From: Hydrurus foetidus
Taxonomy: Eukaryota
Reading direction: 5' to 3'
Assembly (NCBI GenBank): GCA_900617105.1
Contig: UYFQ01000202.1
Span: 1-64,000, forward strand
DNA length: 64,000 nt
Shown here: piece after piece, positions 49,353 through 60,787 of the stretch
How positions within the stretch are numbered: the stretch's first letter is position 1
Layout: each line of letters begins with the position of its first letter
Notes under the pieces: model-generated
Database searches by the model: none
What the model saw: only the letters and a program-made list of their open reading frames with translations
What the model was told of the DNA's origin: nothing
Made by a program: the position numbers and the translations under genes

Positions 49353-49661
49353 AAATATTACTGATCAATCATACAGCTAACTCTTTTAATGATGGGTAAG
49401 CTACTCCTTATGACGCTTACAAAACATTTTTTACGTTTTCCTTTTTCTGTAGTTCGATTACAAATTTTTGGCGACATATTGGTACTACCCTTATGACGTT
49501 TACAGATTTTATTTTAATTTTCTGTAGTCGACACCGGCGACTCCCCTTGCGATGAGTACAGAAAACATTTCTTGTTTCCTTTAGAACCATCAAACTATCA
49601 GTTCTTTGATCAACCTCACATTCATATCATCAATTAAGATAAGAAATTGGTAAACTTGAAC

Positions 49662-51089
49662 ATGTCTTCTGATGATGAGAGCGTTGACTTGACGAAACTT
49701 ATCAAGGAATCTAATGAGTACTACGAGAGAAGAAAAAAATTGCGCAAAGTTGTCGAAGAAGAGGAGGAAGAAAGATTAAAGCAACCAGCTTTCTATAGGC
49801 ATCGTAAATGGGAAGGTCGTCCACCTTATGATATGTCTTGTTGGGGCCGAATGTTGGTCAATCCCAGAACGAAAGATCCTACTGATCGCAAGGGCGGTGT
49901 GTTATTTCGCAGGCGATTTCGAGTACCTTTTCCGCTATTCGAAAGATTGACAGAGATGACAAGAGCTAATAAATGGTTTAGCGAGGGTAATGACTGTGCT
50001 GGTGTGAAGGCAGCACCTTTGGAGCTAAAAGTTCTTGGATTATTACGGGTCCTTGGTCGAGGTTACTGTTTTGATGGTATCGAGGAGCTGTCTTACATAA
50101 GTGCAGAGATTAATCGCGTCTTCTTTCATAAGTGGTGTGAATTATTTTCAAAGAAGTACTTTGCTACGTACTGTAATCCCCCCGAATCTGAAGAAGAAAT
50201 TCAGAAGACTCTCGATGTGTACACAAGGTTAGGGTTGCCTGGTTGCATAGGGAGTACTGACTGTGTGCATATAAGATGGGAGCGTTGTTCTTCTGGAGAT
50301 CGTGTTCTTCATAAGGGGAAAGAAGGTTTTCCCACACTCTCTTATGAAGTTACCGTTGATCACACTTCTAAGATCATTGCGGTTACTCATGGAAATCCTG
50401 GGACAAGGAGTGATAGAACTATCGTAAGATTTGATGGGTTTGTTACGGACATTCATGATGGAATAAAATACCATGACGTTACTTTCCCAATGTGCGATAT
50501 TAAAGGTGAAGAGTATGAAGAAAAGGGGGCATGGTTATTGTGCGATAATGGTTACCATAAATGGAGATGCATGCAGTGTCCATTAAAACATTCAGAAATA
50601 CCTAGAGAAACACTATGGAGTGAATGGGCAGAGACTGTGAGGAAAGATGTTGAGTGTGCATTTGGTGTGTTGAAAGGTAGATTTCGCTGCTTAAAATTAC
50701 CCATATATTATCACAATAAAGATCATATTGATAACATGTTTTATTCTTGCTGTATTATGCATAACATGTTATTACATTTTGACGGATTAGATGTTCGATG
50801 GGAACAAAATGTTAATTACCTAAGCAACGATGGGCATCATTCTCATGAAGATATGCTAATTTTTAGACAACATCTTAGTAGAGTCCGTAATCTAACTCCT
50901 ATAACTGACTTCACACTGATTGGAACTGCTGCTGTGCAGAATCGTTTCGAAGTAGTTCATGGTGATCATGATGTTGAATATGAATCTACTCATGTAAACT
51001 TACAAAAGAAATTGATTGATCATTTTGCGTGGAAACATTCTATAAATGAAATACAGTGGCTTAAAAAGAAGTCCAAACGTAGAAAGTAA
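49662..51089 (+). CDS. PIF/Harbinger DDE transposase (intact ORF)
   Basis: FRRRFRVP..LF, GCIGSTDCVH (D), WLLCDNGY (D), RKDVECAFGVLKGRF (E), CCIMHNML. First ATG at 49662. Confidence 0.93.
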   Translation: MSSDDESVDLTKLIKESNEYYERRKKLRKVVEEEEEERLKQPAFYRHRKWEGRPPYDMSCWGRMLVNPRTKDPTDRKGGVLFRRRFRVPFPLFERLTEMTRANKWFSEGNDCAGVKAAPLELKVLGLLRVLGRGYCFDGIEELSYISAEINRVFFHKWCELFSKKYFATYCNPPESEEEIQKTLDVYTRLGLPGCIGSTDCVHIRWERCSSGDRVLHKGKEGFPTLSYEVTVDHTSKIIAVTHGNPGTRSDRTIVRFDGFVTDIHDGIKYHDVTFPMCDIKGEEYEEKGAWLLCDNGYHKWRCMQCPLKHSEIPRETLWSEWAETVRKDVECAFGVLKGRFRCLKLPIYYHNKDHIDNMFYSCCIMHNMLLHFDGLDVRWEQNVNYLSNDGHHSHEDMLIFRQHLSRVRNLTPITDFTLIGTAAVQNRFEVVHGDHDVEYESTHVNLQKKLIDHFAWKHSINEIQWLKKKSKRRK

Positions 51090-51298
51090 ATATTATATAA
51101 TAGTAAAATCATTTCAATTAATTTTAATTTAAAAACATATTTTATTTTTCTATCATTAATTTATATCATTGAGTTTTAATTTTTACCAGCGTTTTCCCTG
51201 TAAATATAAGATTTTTAAGCATAACAAATACATCAACGGACTTTTGAAAATGAATGATATGTTGAAATAAAAATATTTGCAATATAGTATGAGATTAA

Positions 51299-52311
51299 TC
51301 AGGTGTGTTTGGTGCGCTTGGTCTTCTTTCTTTTATCTTTATCCCAGGAATACTCGTTCTCTTCTTCAGTGTTGTCCTCGATAACTCTCTTTGATGCTTT
51401 GTTCAACTTGCTTCCATTAGTTGCTAGGGGTTGGGTTGCTTTTTGTAATGGGACGGTCAGTTGAGAGGACCTTGTCACACTCTTCGAAGATTGCTTTGTT
51501 TTGAGATCACCAGTAGGAACATCCTTCGAGGAGCATGACTTACCATGAACGAATTGACGTGTGATAGGTACGTCATTGATTTTCTTGTTCAATATGGGAG
51601 ACAGTATGGTTTCCTCGGTAGCTGTAAATTGAGTGTCGGGATATGAGAATTGGTGATTACTTCTTTTGAAGCCTCCCGAATTTCGGCTGGAGGTAGATGT
51701 ATCTAGGCCTCGATTGTCTACGACGATATCTCCTTCGGCTTCTGAATCAGATGTGTTCAATAAGCTCTCGAGGTCTGATTTCAGAATTTCATGCTGTATG
51801 TTAAAGCAACTTACTCTATGAAGAAGGCCTTCTCGGGCTTCTCAGATGCTCGACCAAAGGCAAGGAAGGTTTCCCATTCACAGGGTTGATAGGATGGTTT
51901 AAATGATTTCATTTTAAAGGAGGGAGGATGTTTTGATCGATTTTTGGCAGCCAGTTGTTCAGCCTTATACAAAGCTTCCTTTGTCTTCAGGAGGATGGTT
52001 TCTTTGTTCATTCCAGATGGAGGTAGGCCATCTGGTCCTAAGAGCTTCACGTAGTGGGGGGTGATTTGATTGTTGACGAATTTTTTGATGGCGCTAAATT
52101 TTCTCCATAGTGACTGCCCATCATGAATTTCCTTCTCCGTCACAGTCTCATCCAGATGTCGAGATGTCCTGTAGTAAGTATTCTTCGCTAACCCTTGGGG
52201 CAGCTTGACTCTCTTCACATGGTAGTCAAATTGTTCAAGCATCTTCGCAAATATAGTTTTAGAGTCCATTTCACTCGACGGAATCGATAAGCCAGCACGC
52301 GTGATGAGCAC
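51299..52311 (-). CDS. Harbinger accessory (Myb/SANT-type position) protein, split or degenerate
   Basis: Lies inside the TIRs, opposite the transposase; GQSLWRKFSAIKKFVNN and LPPSG resemble Harbinger ORF2 proteins. The two ORFs (52311-51811, 51760-51299) could not be joined in frame through the obvious GTAAGT donor. Confidence 0.55.
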
Positions 52312-53743
52312 ATACTGCTTAGACTTGATATCCGCGAGTCTTCAAAATTGTGTCTTGAGAGCGTCACTCGACAATTCTTGTAACAAAAAAAGGACCCTTT
52401 TTGTGCGGCGTTCGGAGGAATGTGTCGCTTACACTTTTTACTCCGACGGTTTTTGGCGTCATAAGGCCATGACGCCGGCGACATTTACAAAAAAGGGATC
52501 CAAAAAATGTAAAATACGTGCGTCATAAGGTCTGGCCTAAGAAGTAAGAAGAAGCCAAGAGATGGCAGTTATAGACGGATTTTAAAGGTCTAAGATCCAA
52601 AGGCTATCCGGTGTAAAGTATGAAAGTGATGTTCGAAAAAAACTGAGAACGGGAACAGGTAACAGCACCTAGAGAATGAAATGAAGTTATCAGGCACCAT
52701 TCAGCCGAAATATGCTGGGGAACAAGAGGAAAATGGAAATTGCGTTCGCTACGCTGATATCAGTTATTTGTCTGGATTTTGCGATAAATCCCCGACACAT
52801 ATCAACCCTGTTCATCTTTTTTCTTTTTACAATCGTCAGCGACCAGTGCAGATCATTACAGATCCCAACGAAGTGCTTACCGAATTAACTTTTCACGGAA
52901 GATGCCGCGATACCCAAACATCGGTAGTGACGCTGAAGGCGACATGATATGATCTGATATGATGGGATGGTAGCAGTTGAGAGCGATAGATAGATAGATG
53001 TTCTGCTCGATAACCAACCGGTCCATGAACTGAATCACAGCGACACTGGAATGACACAGACAATAAAAATGAAGAAGATTTGATTTCAATTATTCAGTTT
53101 AGATTCCAGAGAGTAAACAAGAATTAATTTCTACTGGGAGGGAGCGGAAGGGAGTGCCCGCCTCCGTGCAAAGAACCTACAGTACTGTACAGCACAGTGC
53201 AATATGGAATAGTATAGTGAATTATAGTATAGTACGGTGATAAGGTAGGACAGACAGATGAAAATGTGAAATAAGCAAGTATGCGCTGTGGCTCGTGAAC
53301 GCAGATTACACGTGACAGAGAACTGAAGAGTAGATGAGGATGTGTGTCATAGCAGCAGCAGGCGATGACAGTAACTACTGATGGCACAAATGGTGATCAC
53401 ACAGAGACTGACTGCAATGGATCCATGCTTGTCCTGTAAGCATGTTGGCGATAGAATAGATGACCTCTGACAGTATGAGATTCCTAGTGACCGATGCGAT
53501 GTGAGGCAATGCAGACAACAGACATCAGTGACGACAGTCATCGAGTCACTTGAACATACGCTGCCAACTGTAGCTCTAGTTCGGATGAGAAGGAGCAGTT
53601 GGTTTGGAGTACTACTTGAAACCATGATGTGACGTCACGTCACTGCACTGCACTGCGCTTACACCACTTTGTGCGATATGATATGATGCGATATGATATT
53701 GGCGGCACCACACTTTTTTGCCTTTTTTGATATTTACAGCTCT

Positions 53744-56700
53744 TCACTTGAGTGGAGACTGCAGCTCGTCAGAGACAGAGGAGTACTCGTACTCCCTCTT
53801 GCACCCCCCGAACAAAGGCTTCAAGAACTCCTCATCGAAATGCACCCAGCTCAGAAACGCACTGGCTGTCTCTGTTTTGTACATCTTCGGGGATGACTCC
53901 ACCCCCCCTTCACTGCTGATGCTGATATCTCCCGTCTGTGTGCGAGACAGTAACCGTGTCTTCCTCTGAGTGTCTTCTCTGGTAGGGAACTTGATAGTGG
54001 ATTTAGAGGTGTCTATTCTCTTGACTCTCTCCTTGCCCATAGGTTCCTCTGGCAGGGGTCCGAGTGGCTGCACGGATGCAGATAGATGGGAAGGGAGAGA
54101 GAGAGTCAGGGATCCTCCATTCGGAGAGGACATTCTCTTGTATCTGTTGACATCTCCCCATTTGCTGAGGACAGTGGGCATCTTCATCTCCCTTGGTGAC
54201 GGACCCAGACCAGGACCAGGACCAGGACCATTCGTGCTATACGGTGTATCTGAGAGTGAGAGTGCGACACATGGCTGACCCATGGAGTCCTCAAAAGAAA
54301 CGCTCCTCTTAGCCGCACATGGGGGACTCACGGTGTGATCTATGCCGTATGTCCGGTCCAATTCGGTCTGATTTCTTGCCATAGCGACCTCTAGTTTTCC
54401 ACTGGACACCTCATCGTTCAAAGCGTCTAGATCATCTATGTCTTTTTGCTTCATGGAGAAGTCCTCCGTCTCTCTGCTGCTGTCCTGCACTCTGCCATCC
54501 TCACCTTCATCATCGCTCTTTCTCTCCCCCTCCCGCCCTCCTCCTCTTTCTCTCCCACGTCTGCTGCTTCCTCTCCCACTCCCACCTCCACTCTCATTCT
54601 CACAGAAGTAGCTTCGATCTTCACGTCTGTCTGCATCTCTACTAGCAGCTGCAGTCTTTGCCTTGCTATGAGAACAATTACGAGCTGTACTGTGACTAAT
54701 ACCCCTGCTTCTTATCGGATGACTGGGAATAGGACAGGGGGAGGGACCGAGAGGGACGGAGCGTCTGTGGGAAGACTTCTTGTGAAAGCTCTTCTCCACG
54801 CTCTCCCAACTGCTGAAGTTGAAGGGGGCGCTCATTCTGTCCAGGAACACTTGACTGGTGCTGGAGCACCTGTGGCTGCGACTGCTGACATGCTCTACAT
54901 CACCAGTGCTCCTACTCCCACTATCATTCCCACTCCCACTCTCATTCCCGCTGTCATTTCGATTGATCCCCACAGAGTCTGCGCTATGAGGGACGTCATC
55001 ATGTTCTGCGGTGGACTGATAGGAAGGCCAGCTGTTGACTATCTTTCCGTCACCAGTCTTTGCATTGCTGACGTCATCAGTGGAGCCGCAATGGGGAGAG
55101 TGAGGAGTGGAGGTGGAGTGAGAATGCATCTCATACGCATACAAGTCATCCTCTGCCTCTGCATGTCTCTTGAAGCAGTACACACTCAACTTCCGTCTGC
55201 TCCTCCCTCTATCAGTGAGGGTGACGGGTGCAGCTCTGCTATCGGGAATGCCTCTAGACTGACTCCTAGTCCTCTTAAACACCACACCCACACCTCCTTC
55301 CCCCCCTTGCCCTTCTCCTGTCACCCCCTTCTGTCCGTCCTCTCTAGACGTCATGTGCACCGCCTTGAGACCCAGCCTGGGAATGATCATGGGCATTATG
55401 AAGCCTCCTGCCAGGGAGGTCGCCATGACGATAAAGAGGGTCGTGGTGACGAGCATTCGGTGTTCGCTGATTTGCAGTATCTGAGCCCAGCACAGACACC
55501 CCCTAACTATGCCCCCTAGACAAGTAAGAGTCAAGGTAAAAGTAAAAGTAACTGTCAGAGGTCAGAGCCAATCGAAACAAAGATCAATACCAATGCCCAT
55601 CAAAATAAGTACATACCGTCAGTCATTATGTCGTGCAAATTTAAATATGATATTCTGTACTTCTCAAATGCACGATGCAGATTTCAAAATTTCCTAGTCA
55701 ACAGACAAGAATCATGCACACACTTCATGCAGATATAGACAGGGAAGTGAGACTTCAAAAAATAGAACAAGACATAGCAAATAATAAGATATCACACGAT
55801 ATCAAATATCAAATCAAATGGTGTCATATCGTGTGAGATGAGGGCGGTGAAGAGAATCTATCGAACACAACTCAAACGAGACAATTTACATTTTATATAG
55901 ATAGCAAATAACTTAATGTAAAGGAATGCACACAGATACACGACAAATACACGTTAAAAATTAGATCGGTGATAGGTGCAGTGGGAGGTGATTGAAACCC
56001 ACCAAGTGTGAAGCCTAATTGCTCCGATAAAGGCATGTGAAACTCTTTGAAGAAGCAGTTGCAAATGGAGCACAGGACAAGCACTGTGATGAGTCTGCTG
56101 AGGATGACGACCAGCATGATGAACAAGCAGAACTGGATGTGGAACCCGTCATCCACGTACTCCCACATGGATAGCCCTACGTACGAGAAGGCAAACCCTT
56201 CCGCAATGTCTATGATTTCAAACAGTGGAAAGGAGAGGAGTAAAGGAAAATGGAGGGGAGCAGAGAGGTTGAGTCGATGTCAGCGAGTCGGATTAAAGTA
56301 TGAGAGAGCGCACAGACAGAGACACAACAGAGGCAGAGCAAAGACACAGCAGAGGCAGAGCAAAGATACAGCAGAGCAAAGCAGAATTAGAGGATCAGCA
56401 ACAAGCCATGCCATGCCATGTCATGAGGTGCACTGAGACAGTTGGAAAGGAGAGAGTGTCAAACAGTCAAACGGCGCATACCAGACAGAGCGACAGCGTT
56501 GATTTTAGTGGCAACTTGCGCTGGTTTAGAGAGAGAATGCCATGAGTAGTGCCCCTGCGTGACTGCAGTTATGAACAGAGTCAGGATGCCGCTCACACCA
56601 GCTCCTTCAGCGATGGTGTACGCGAGATAGGCGAAGAGAAGCAGCAGCACTGTTTGGTGAATAGGATGTTCTCTGAGATACGTAAGCGACTTTAACAGCC

Positions 56701-57553
56701 GCGCATTAATCAAACCGCAGATCACACCGATAAGAAAAGATAAGATGACTTCATTCGTGACTTCCGCGATCAGCTTCATCGCTAACTCTCGTATAGGAGC
56801 TGCTCTGCTCAAGTCAGTCGTTGCGTGATTAGAAAGCAGCACGTGAAACAGCACGATTGAAATCGCATCGTTAAGAACCCCTTCACCGAAGATCAGTGCT
56901 CCTAGACGAGGAAACTCTTTCATCGGCATCAGGGACAGCGCTGACACCTCATCTACAGAATTGAGAATTGTACCGCGTCACATATTCTGTTCTGTTCTGT
57001 TCAGTGATACATTTCTAACAATGGCAGTGTTTGCTATGGTAGCGTTAGTCGAATCCTTCGAGTACGAAGATAGTAGTCTCTTCCTACCTGTCCCAGATAA
57101 TACTGCTGCGAGAACCATGGCATGTTCCCAGGAGAGGTTCACTGGTCTGTCGAACAAAGTATCCCTGAAATCAAATATTCTTGTGGCATGATATGCAACA
57201 GCTGTTATCAAGCAGAAGTTGACTATCGTCCCAATGACTCCAAAGAGCGTTATAAGAGAAATGTATCGAAAGAACATCTTTTTTTTCAGACTGAGTCCAG
57301 CAGAGAAAATTATTGGGGGAAGAACGATGTAGAAGAATACATCATTGTCGAATTCAACTGTTGATGCTGTGCTAAACTTTATTGCTCCTCCAACTAACAG
57401 TCCGATGAGAGCAGCGATCGATGATTGATGGCACCAGGGACTGTATCCATACATCTCCTTGTACCTGGTAATTGCTAGCGACGTCATCGAGTACGATATG
57501 CAAATAAGTATCACCAGAGGGGCAACGAATGCAGCTTCGCTTGGAAGAGTCAT
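53744..57553 (-). CDS. Na+/H+ exchanger (CPA1, NHE/NHX family) with a long low-complexity C-terminal tail, 4 exons
   Basis: FFYIVLPPIIFSAG, FGVIGT, SGTDEVSAL, IFGEGVLNDAISIVLF, AEGAGVSGILTLF, GGIVRG. Exons 57553-57088, 56952-56482, 56209-56003, 55515-53744. Confidence 0.93.
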
Positions 57554-57816
57554 CGTCTGAGGGCTAGGGGGCTGTGTTGGGTTGCAGGTTCAAATTTTCG
57601 GTGACTGTCGCTGCGATCGCGGTCCTGGAGATAGAAGAGTACTAACCAAGACCATAACTGTAACTACCCTCGGTATTCAGCCAAACTTCGTCGCCATTAA
57701 CGAAGAATTTCCTCTGGGTTTCTTCCTCACATCGGCCCTTCGCAGATAACTTTCTCTGACATTCACTCCTTATTCAATCACTACTACGGTACCCTTTACT
57801 CTTTACTGTACTTCCT

Positions 57817-58117
57817 AGATATATACTGTCATCTGCCATTTCATTGCCCTTTGCCCTATGCCAAGCATGGAGCATGGATGCATATTATATACTAGAAGTA
57901 CTGTGGTATTTAGTATTAAAACGAAGCAGAAATTATGAGCCATGTTCACCACTTGGTCGTACCGTAGATCTTTTCCGTTCCTCGGGGTTTTTTTCAGTGA
58001 ATTGAGCTCCTCGGGCTGCGCCCTCTGGCTCAAAATCACGAAAAAACCCTCGGCCGTAAAAGCTCAATTACGCCCTCGTGGTGAAAATAGCTGATGTATT
58101 ATGCGTATATATTATCT
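57817..58117. mobile_element. Possible small non-autonomous foldback element
   Basis: Imperfect terminal inverted similarity (AGATATATAC..CATCTGCCATTTTCA vs TGAAAATAGCTGATG..GTATATATTATCT) and internal CTCGGGCTGCGCCCTC / CCTCGG motifs. Confidence 0.35.
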
Positions 58118-58265
58118 CTTGCGGTACTTCGTCTACTTCTGACTCCTGATAGGCTTCAAACTTCAAACCCTCTGATAAAGTAAATACGTCTACTGCCGCA
58201 AGCTGAAAGTTCAACATGGATTACAGATCAGTGTGGACGCCCTTCGACAGCCGTCAAATTCCGTG

Positions 58266-59133
58266 ATGCAACCTCATAATGTCGAGGTAAGTCGCCGAAG
58301 GCATCGGCGAGCTAGGAGATGCTTACCCGCCATAGTACGGATGTTATTTCTGAGGGGTAAGAGTCGAAAAGTGGGCACGGATAAATCCGCTGGAGGTGTT
58401 GATGCTTTACAATGTCAGGACATACCTGAGGAAAGAGAAAAGTTCGAACAAAAAGAACCATCAGAATGGCATCTTCCCACAGATTGGGCCATCGATGTTA
58501 AGGAACCTCCTAAAGTGTACGTTCAGAGCTTTAGTCGCCTACAATATGAATACCTGTCAGTTTTTCAGTGGAGAAGCCCACAACGCCAATAATGTTCGAC
58601 GTATACTCCTTCACTTTTATTCCTACAGGATTACGAAAGGTGCCAATATGCGGCTTGCGACGGATTTCTTCAGTCTCAGACCGATCAGAAAAATCAGTTC
58701 TAATATTAGCGCTGGCCTCAGGTCGAAGGCGCGAAATTCCAGCAGTCAGGGTGGGAGATCCTCTGTAAGTGGCCATAGAATTTCAGTGCGGTCAAGGGCA
58801 GCTAGTCAACAAGAGAATATTTCTGAAATTGTCGACCTCGATGGATCAGTTGACAGAAAGTGTTCACTTTCTAGAGGAGTAAGTACCCGCTTTAGCCCTC
58901 CTTCCTTCTTAGGGTCGTTTCTATCAGCAAAGGTGGGAAGCAGCGAAACACCCGTGGTGGATACCAAAGTGTCGAACATTTCTATAAAAAGTGTGAAATC
59001 TATGTCGCCCACAATAACTGTTGATAAAGAAAATTCTTCAGCGGAAACTCTTAAACAGGAAAATGCAGAAGTCGTAGAGAAAATTATTACGGAGGAACCG
59101 GAGGTATCAGTCGGAACAGAAATAAAGACATGA
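58266..59133 (+). CDS. Hypothetical Ser/Arg-rich protein, 2 exons (58266-58516, 58629-59133); start uncertain
   Basis: Two overlapping ORFs join in frame through a GTACGT..TACAG intron (KEPPKV|ITKGANMRL). Confidence 0.5.
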
Positions 59134-59976
59134 TTCTGCGAGTTCTGCAGTTATCAGTCATTCAGCGAAATTACCCTATCGCACATTCTACCTGCAATTG
59201 CAATGGTATCCTATCCTATCCTACCCTCAGACCTGTTCCGCCTGAATCGTCAATATCAGAGCCATTGTACACAATATTGTTTACTAGCTAGCCCCATCTC
59301 ATTCCATTCCATTTTATTGAAGAATGCTGCATCATTTCATTTATTTCTTTAGCCTTAGATCCCTGCTATGCTATATATCATACTTCAGGACGTTGCTTTG
59401 TTTATTCTAGAATTCCATCCCACCCCTCACACACACACACACACATCATTTTACGTGTGCACTTCATTTTTCGTTCACCGATGTCCTTTCCATCACTTGA
59501 TGCAATGTCTTCGCAAATTAATTTATGCGATGATTTACCGGACGTTCTTCACTCGCGCTGTAGTTCACGTTACAGCTGATTACTCAATAATTTAATTTCT
59601 ATTTCCCAACTGAGTTGCTCTTTCCTTTTCCACCATCTTTTATAAATAAAACAATATGATTATTTTGTATGTAAAAGAAACGAGAGAACTTCTCCTCATC
59701 CTCAATGCCCTTCGGCTGACATCCGATTGTCGTGACTTCAGACTCCCACTACCTGACACTCAAGATTTATCAGACTCTCAGTAGTAACCAATTATTGATA
59801 TTATACCGCATTAATAAGTAAACACAGGAACAATGTAAACATGCTCTGCGAAGGAGTGTTCGAAAACATGAAAGAGTGAGCACATGAACATGTATGTAAG
59901 GGATGTTGGGCGCTGAGCGTGTGGATTTGTGGAGATGTACACAGCAGTGACGCATATCGCAGTACAGGTCCTTCAC

Positions 59977-60742
59977 TCATGATGTCACAGTATTGGCTGT
60001 TCCATCATGAGTGCCGCTATTATCATTGTTATTGCCGTTGTGGCAACTAGCATCATCGCTGACACCGCCACTGCAATCAACATTGCCATTGTAGCTGCTA
60101 CCTGTCCGATGATAATGATCATTTTTGTGAATATAACTATTGGTGCTCTGCTCTCCAGCTCGACCGACCCAAGTGTTTGTGTTAGTGTGAGTCTGATCTC
60201 CTGCAGGGCTGCTACCAGTGATCGGTTTGGACGTGTAGGGATCGTTTTGACTTTTGATGGTGTTGTAGTTCTTCACATGCGAGCTTTTAAGATTGCCGTG
60301 ACTGCTGCTATCGTTCATGCTGCCCCCGCTACTCCCTTTGCTGCTCATATTCAACAGGGAGTTGTGATGCGTCCCGTCCCTGCCTCCGTGAGAATTTAAT
60401 AATGGTAATATAATACCAGATACTAGGGGCTCATCCTCATTGTCGCCAAAGAACAATTCTAATTTCATTTCCCTCATTCCACTGCTGTATTTGTGTAGAC
60501 TGCTGGGCTCAAAAAGCAGTTCGGAAGCCTTCTTAGAGTCGGACTGGAGACATTTCTCCTTGACTTTCGAACTAGATATCCTTCTTTCTTCGGGCAGAAC
60601 GTGAAAGCCCATTACTTGTGACTTCAAGTCAGGGAAGCAGAAGCAATTCGATCCAGTATCAGGACCGCTGCCAGCATTGTTGTCCAGAGAGAACAATGCC
60701 TCCATGTCCTCCAACATCAATCCTACATTGAGTCGAGTATAT

Positions 60743-60787
<45 letters not shown>

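Larger units (their letters stand above)
49400..52537 (+). mobile_element. PIF/Harbinger DNA transposon with convergent transposase and accessory ORF
   Basis: Imperfect TIRs GCTACTCCTTATGACGC ... GCGTCATAAGGTCTGGCC, TAA on both flanks (49397-49399, 52538-52540). The core CCTTATGACG is repeated subterminally (49406, 49489; inverted at 52457, 52521). Confidence 0.85.

Noticed and set aside
54446..55519. 357-aa plus-strand ORF and similar antisense ORFs over 29.8-35.5 kb and 60 kb
   Set aside because: Shadow ORFs opposite real low-complexity exons.
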